Assembly (NCBI GenBank): GCA_950072105.1
Contig: CATMOE010000044.1
Coordinates: 1-31,342 of the forward strand
DNA from: an uncultured Dehalococcoidia bacterium
GTDB lineage: Bacteria; Chloroflexota; Dehalococcoidia; Lucifugimonadales; UBA3495
DNA: 31,342 nt
Reading direction: 5' to 3'
In this document: in pieces, positions 26,719 to 31,342 of the stretch
Layout of the letters: each line of letters begins with the position of its first letter
How positions within the stretch are numbered: the stretch's first letter is position 1
Position numbers and translations under genes: made by a program
The notes under the pieces: generated by a model
What the model saw: only the letters and a program-made list of their open reading frames with translations
Told to the model about the DNA's origin: nothing
Database searches by the model: none

Positions 26719-27576
26719 CTAGCCGTTTAGGTTGCCGGTAACCTCGGCGGGCATGCCTCCAGCCTGCATGTCAATAGCCCTCTTTTCAATAGCGGGCATC
26801 AGAGAGTCGAGCAGGTCCTGGTCGAGGTCGGCGGCGACGCCGGGGTATCCGGCCCGTTCGATCATGGCCGCAAGTTTTCTGCTCTTGAACTGACCCAATG
26901 TCCACTTGAGCGGATCAGGAACTAGGGTTTTGTCGAAGAAGATCCGGTGATTCTTGTTCCTGGGCCCGTAGTGGTAATGGGGAGCGTCGCGGAAGCAGTC
27001 AAATGCCAGCAATTCGGTTTCTTCCGTGTAGTGACGGCCTGGGGTGCCGGCCAGGTCGGCCAAAACGTGGATCGCCAGGCCTCCGTCGCCGCTGGTCTGC
27101 CGGCGCATCTCCAGGCCGAATCGAATGTTGCCTACTTCGAATATATCGGTGCCGCGGTTGTGCTTAACCGTATTTCTGCCTGTCATGTACAATTCGCGGG
27201 CCGTGGATTCAACGTCACCCAGGACTTTTTCCACCTGCTTCGTGTCCACCTCTTTGGCGATCTCCTCGTATCCGGCCGTCTCCAACATGATGGACAGATT
27301 GTTCCGGATCTGCTGGATAGTCCAGTTGATGGGGTTGCCATCGGTGGTGTGGTCCATCCGAAACTTTTTATTCTCTTTATCAGGACCGTATATATAGCTC
27401 TTTTCGATGTCGAAACAGTTGAACCGCAACAAAGTCGTTTCGTCGTCCTGTTTGGCTACTAAAACGGCGACTCCTTGGTCCGAGTGATCCTGAACGTTGC
27501 CGTCCCACAGCTCGTGCTGAACGATGAACGTCACTGGTCCGGCTTCAAATTTGACTCTGCCCTTTTGTTGCATCAT
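26719..27576 (-). CDS. Hypothetical protein with two tandem homologous domains
   Basis: Long ORF with GGAGGT RBS; repeated motif LLRFNCF..KSYIYGP / LLAFDCF..PHYHYGP, each followed by P..WT...L..M.E.AGY. Confidence 0.8.
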   Translation of the reverse strand: MMQQKGRVKFEAGPVTFIVQHELWDGNVQDHSDQGVAVLVAKQDDETTLLRFNCFDIEKSYIYGPDKENKKFRMDHTTDGNPINWTIQQIRNNLSIMLETAGYEEIAKEVDTKQVEKVLGDVESTARELYMTGRNTVKHNRGTDIFEVGNIRFGLEMRRQTSGDGGLAIHVLADLAGTPGRHYTEETELLAFDCFRDAPHYHYGPRNKNHRIFFDKTLVPDPLKWTLGQFKSRKLAAMIERAGYPGVAADLDQDLLDSLMPAIEKRAIDMQAGGMPAEVTGNLNG

Positions 27577-27699
27577 CGCTATACCTCCGGAAAATTTATG
27601 TGTTTTGGGGTAATGGTACTTGTCGGTTAAATCGCACCGGCCGCCCACCATCGTGCCTGGGAGTACGTGTTTCAGACGGCTCCAGCGAATATTGGACGG

Positions 27700-27708
27700 A
27701 TTATATCA
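27700..27708 (-). promoter_or_regulatory. Extended -10 element TGATATAAT for the hypothetical gene
   Basis: Consensus TGnTATAAT in the divergent intergenic region. Confidence 0.55.
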
Positions 27709-27743
27709 CGCCGCTCGAACTCGCTGAACCCTTTTTGTCTCCC

Positions 27744-27772
27744 TTGACACCAAAGTTCCGGAGGATTAGGCT
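27744..27772 (+). promoter_or_regulatory. Sigma70-type promoter for the ThDP lyase / CoA transferase pair
   Basis: TTGACA-N17-TAGGCT, 73 nt upstream of the ATG at 27846. Confidence 0.6.
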
Positions 27773-27845
27773 CCTGGCATCGGAACCGGCACGACATAAT
27801 ATGTCTCCAATCCAGGCGGCAAAATCCCGACTTTGGAGTTGAACC

Positions 27846-29516
27846 ATGGCCGAAATTAGCGGAGCACAATTGGTGATAGATTCCCTGCGGCGAGAGGGTG
27901 TAGATACGATTTACGTCTTACCCGGCGACCCAGTGGGAGACATAGTAAATGGATGGGCGGACGCTGGGCACAAAGCGATCGCTGTTCGTCACGAGCAGGC
28001 GGCCTGCATGGCCGCTCAGGCCCATTCCTACCTGACACGGTCCGTGGGGGTATGCATCGCCGCTTCCGGCGTGGGACAGACCAATACCCTGACCGGAATA
28101 GCCAACGCTTACGCCAACTGCTGGCCGCTGTTGGTCATCGGCGGCTCGTCTGAATTGCGCCGCAGCAACATGGGTGACTTCCAGGAGTTGCCTCAAGTGG
28201 CGATGACGGCCCCGGTTTGCAAATGGACTGCTACGGTGGACAGCATCGCCCGCATCCCAACCCTTATCAACATAGCGATGAAACAGGCCATGTCCGGGCG
28301 TCCTGGCCCGGTCTACATCGACCTGCCCGCCGAGATGATTTCCGGCTCTGAGGACGAGGCCAACATCATCATCCCCCAACCGGCTCCCGAGCCGGCTCGG
28401 CCCCTAGCTGATCCCAATGAGGTTCGGAAGGCATTGGAAGTTCTAGCCGAGGCTGAGCGTCCGTTGTTGATTGTGGGCAAAGGAGCCGCCTGGTCCTGGG
28501 CTGAGAACGAACTGCTGGAGTTCGTAGACCAGACCCAGATCCCCTTCTTGACGTCTCCGATGGGGATGGGAATGCTTCCTCCGGAACACCCGATGAACGT
28601 TTCCGCCGCCAGGACTCAGGCCCTACAGGGCGCCGATACGATATTGATGGTGGGAGCCCGGTTCAACTGGCTCTTCCACTTTGGCCAGCCGCCCCGGTTC
28701 GCCGCCGCATTCAAGTTGGTCCAGATCGATATTGAGGGCACGGAGATCGGAACCAACGTTCCCGCCACCGTCGGTCTGGTAGGGGATGCTAAGATGGTCC
28801 TGGGACAGATGGTGAGCGCATTGAACGATGTGCCCATCTCTTATGGCGAAAGCGCCTGGCTGACCGGGCTGAAAACCAAGTGCGAGGAGAATGCCGAGTC
28901 CATCGAACCGATGCTCAACAGCGACGCCCCAGATATCGGCTACTACCGCATATTGAAAGAGATTCGCGACTACCTGCCCAAGGACGCCATCGTAGTCGCC
29001 GACGGCGCTAGCACCATGGACATCTCTCGCCAGGTCGTGCCGGTGTGGCACCCCAGGCACCGCTTGGACGCCGGAGTGGCCGGTTGCGTCGGCACCGGTG
29101 TTCCCTTCGCCATCGCCTCTCAGGTAGTGCACCCGGACAAGCCGGTTATCTGCCTGCAAGGGGACTGGGCCTTCGGCTTTAACGGCATGGACATCGAAAC
29201 CGCCGCCCGGTTCAAGCTCCCCATCGTTTGGGTAATCTTCCAGAACGCCAACGTCGACAAGTGGGTCCGGAGTCACGTGGACAAGGTAGAAGACCCCAAC
29301 GACTTCACCCCCAGTCTCCGATTCGATGTGATGATGGAGGCGCTGGGAGGACACGGCGAGTTCGTGGAAGGCCCAGAGCAGATACGGCCTGCGTTGGAAA
29401 GGGCCTTTAGCTCCGGCAAAGCCTCGGTGATCAACGTGATCATGGACCCCGGCGCCGGAAGGCGTCAGCAGCAATTCGCTTGGTTGGCCCGGGAAGGGAA
29501 GATGGGTTACTCATAG
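27846..29516 (+). CDS. Oxalyl-CoA decarboxylase / 2-hydroxyacyl-CoA lyase family ThDP enzyme
   Basis: RHEQAA, ANAYANCWPL, GDFQE, SGRPGPVYIDLP, VGKGAAW, VGARFNWLFHFG, RHRLDAG and GDWAFGFNGM motifs; C-terminal RRQQQFAWL. Confidence 0.88.
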   Translation: MAEISGAQLVIDSLRREGVDTIYVLPGDPVGDIVNGWADAGHKAIAVRHEQAACMAAQAHSYLTRSVGVCIAASGVGQTNTLTGIANAYANCWPLLVIGGSSELRRSNMGDFQELPQVAMTAPVCKWTATVDSIARIPTLINIAMKQAMSGRPGPVYIDLPAEMISGSEDEANIIIPQPAPEPARPLADPNEVRKALEVLAEAERPLLIVGKGAAWSWAENELLEFVDQTQIPFLTSPMGMGMLPPEHPMNVSAARTQALQGADTILMVGARFNWLFHFGQPPRFAAAFKLVQIDIEGTEIGTNVPATVGLVGDAKMVLGQMVSALNDVPISYGESAWLTGLKTKCEENAESIEPMLNSDAPDIGYYRILKEIRDYLPKDAIVVADGASTMDISRQVVPVWHPRHRLDAGVAGCVGTGVPFAIASQVVHPDKPVICLQGDWAFGFNGMDIETAARFKLPIVWVIFQNANVDKWVRSHVDKVEDPNDFTPSLRFDVMMEALGGHGEFVEGPEQIRPALERAFSSGKASVINVIMDPGAGRRQQQFAWLAREGKMGYS

Positions 29517-29580
29517 GCGATCACACAGACCTTAGTGGCGAAGAGCTAATCTATTGCCGATCGGCAAGGAGACGTGAAAA

Positions 29581-30789
29581 GTGGGTAAAGCGCTAGAAGG
29601 AGTCCGAATAATCGACCTGACTCAGTTCGAGGCCGGCACTTCGTGTACCCAGTTGCTGGCTTGGCTGGGAGCGGACGTTATAAAGGTGGAAGAGCCGACT
29701 CACGGCGATCCGGGCCGGGTCACCAATACCGACATGCCGGGCGTGGACAGCGGTTACTTCCTCAACCTGAATTCCAATAAGCGCAGCGTCGCCCTGGACC
29801 TGAAGCAGCCAAAGGGGAAGGATATCTTCTTCGAGTTGGTGCGGCAGGGCGACATCGTGGCCGAAAACCTAGCCCCTGGCACTCTGGAAAGGCTGGGATT
29901 GGGCTACGACGTTCTCAGCGAGGTTAACCCCAAGATTATTCTGGCTAGGATCAAGGGGTTTGGCACCTACGGTCCCTACTCCGAATACAAGAGCTTCGAC
30001 ATGATTGCCCAGGCCACCGGCGGGTCCATGGCCGTGACCGGCAAAGCCGGCGACCCACCGATCCGTCCCGGCGCGACCATCGGCGACACCGGCACCGGCC
30101 TCCACGCCGCCGTGGGCATCATGGCCGCCTTGTGGCAGCGCCAAACCACCGGTAAGGGACAGGTCGTCGAAGTCGCGATGCAGGACGCAGTGGTCAACCT
30201 GACCAGGGTAGCCATGTGCACCTTCAATGAAACCCATCAATCCCGTCCCCGGGCAGGCAACAATGCGCAAGGATTGCCGGGCACCCGGACCTACCCCTGC
30301 AAACCCGGCGGATCGGACGACTGGGTCTACACGGCCGCCACGCCCCGGCGCTTAGGTCTTTGGCTGACGTTGATCCGTGCGATCGGCGGCGATGAGATGG
30401 CCGACGACCCCAACTATTCGGACTTTGACTGGGTAGTGGAGCACACCGATGAAATCAACGAAATGATTGAGGCCTGGACCATGGAGCGCACCAAGTACGA
30501 GGTGTTCCACATCCTGGGCAAGGCTGGTGTTCCTTGCGGTCCCACCCTGAACGCCGTAGACATTTACAGTGATCCCCAGTTGTTGGCGCGAGACATGATC
30601 GTGACTCTGGAACACCCGGACCGCGGCCCCTTCATGGTCCCCGGCTGCCCCGTAAAGATGTCCGACTCGCCAGTCGAGTTGGAGATCGGCCCGTCCCTAG
30701 GCATGCAGACCGAAGAGGTCCTGAAAGAACTGCTCCACATGACTGATGGTGACTTGGCGGAGCTACGGGAGCAGAAGACGATTCCGTAG
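29581..30789 (+). CDS. frc: Class III (CaiB/BaiF) CoA transferase, formyl-CoA transferase-like
   Basis: LEGVRIIDLTQFEAGTSCTQLLAWLGADVIKVE, NSNKRS, catalytic Asp in IGDTGTG; adjacent to the oxc/HACL-like gene; GTG start after AAGGAG. Confidence 0.8.
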   Translation: MGKALEGVRIIDLTQFEAGTSCTQLLAWLGADVIKVEEPTHGDPGRVTNTDMPGVDSGYFLNLNSNKRSVALDLKQPKGKDIFFELVRQGDIVAENLAPGTLERLGLGYDVLSEVNPKIILARIKGFGTYGPYSEYKSFDMIAQATGGSMAVTGKAGDPPIRPGATIGDTGTGLHAAVGIMAALWQRQTTGKGQVVEVAMQDAVVNLTRVAMCTFNETHQSRPRAGNNAQGLPGTRTYPCKPGGSDDWVYTAATPRRLGLWLTLIRAIGGDEMADDPNYSDFDWVVEHTDEINEMIEAWTMERTKYEVFHILGKAGVPCGPTLNAVDIYSDPQLLARDMIVTLEHPDRGPFMVPGCPVKMSDSPVELEIGPSLGMQTEEVLKELLHMTDGDLAELREQKTIP

Positions 30790-30792
30790 TTT

Positions 30793-30827
30793 CCCCTCAC
30801 CCCGGCCCCTATTCCAGGGAATAGGGG
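30793..30827 (+). repeat. REP-like hairpin directly after the CoA transferase stop
   Basis: CCCCTCACCCCGG-CCCCTATTC-CAGG-GAATAGGGG; leader similar to the 14874-14908 copy. Confidence 0.7.
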
Positions 30828-30854
30828 CGAGTTACGCAAGAACGGTGATTTTAG

Positions 30855-30894
30855 AACTCAGTTGGGGCACTGCTAGCAGTGCCCCAACTGAGTT
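30855..30894. repeat. Perfect 40-bp palindrome centred on CTAG
   Basis: AACTCAGTTGGGGCACTGCT|AGCAGTGCCCCAACTGAGTT, with no spacer. Confidence 0.9.
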
Positions 30895-31120
30895 TAGTGT
30901 GCCAGCCCTTAATCTAAGGGTGAGAGTTAATGAGGTGGTGCCTGACATCGCTCCCATTTGAGTCAACATGCGGCTCAAAAAGAAGTCCTTTTGGTGCCCT
31001 GAATTCTATAACTTTCGTGGCTACACAGGTTAGGGCTCCCATTGTAGAGCGCCTTGGCTCAGGACTATGACGCCGCTTGCCGCACTAGCAGGCCTATGCC
31101 CTTCCGACTATACTGGGCGC

Positions 31121-31342
31121 ATGTCTAAGATGTCCTCTAATCTGGACCATGTCGCGCCGCCTCTTTGGCCCCGGCCCAACGTGATTGTCCGCCGGCAACC
31201 CGAGATGGAAAGGTTGAATGTAGCATTGTGCAACCTCGTCACGGAGGGCCGGGGCGACTTGGTGTTTATCACCGGGCGTAGAGCGGAAGACAGGATCGGC
31301 CAGAGATGAGCGCGGTCTACAGTCCTCATGTCAAGTTCCTGC
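31121..31342 (+). pseudogene. Degenerate N-terminus of a STAND/AAA ATPase gene
   Basis: IVRRQPEMERL...EGRGDLVFITG resembles MVGRDREIDVL...QGSGQIVSVMG of the gene at 1-1412, but Walker A is disrupted and a stop follows at 31307-31309. Confidence 0.45.

Noticed and set aside
5502..30894. CRISPR array
   Set aside because: The repeats are dispersed single intergenic copies with no regular spacers and no cas genes.

Overview
GC-rich bacterial chromosomal window almost entirely filled with catabolic/redox enzyme genes: four luciferase-like (LLM) flavin monooxygenases plus an FMN reductase, three VOC proteins, two amidohydrolases, two ThDP enzymes, a xanthine-oxidase-family Mo subunit, AKR, SDR, FAH-family protein, beta-hydroxyacid dehydrogenase and a class III CoA transferase. 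It also holds a three-gene two-component cluster with a FixL-like heme-PAS kinase and a truncated zinc-ribbon/class III cyclase/STAND ATPase gene. This paralogue mix suggests SAR202-type Dehalococcoidia/Chloroflexota (inference). The strongest signal is a hidden selenoprotein. ORFs 23777..23986 and 23462..23773 (-) are one in-frame OsmC/Ohr-like gene with TGA at the catalytic Cys position, followed by a bacterial SECIS-like hairpin. Other notable items: a cmoO/cmoJ-like pair lacking cmoI; an arylmalonate-decarboxylase-like gene frameshifted by apparent loss of one 8-bp tandem unit and lacking catalytic cysteines; a TGG>TAG-like stop in the cyclase; a REP-like repeat family with one nested insertion; a perfect 40-bp palindrome centred on CTAG; and an internally duplicated unknown protein divergent from an oxc/HACL-frc pair. 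All product calls come from motif recognition by eye; no searches were run.
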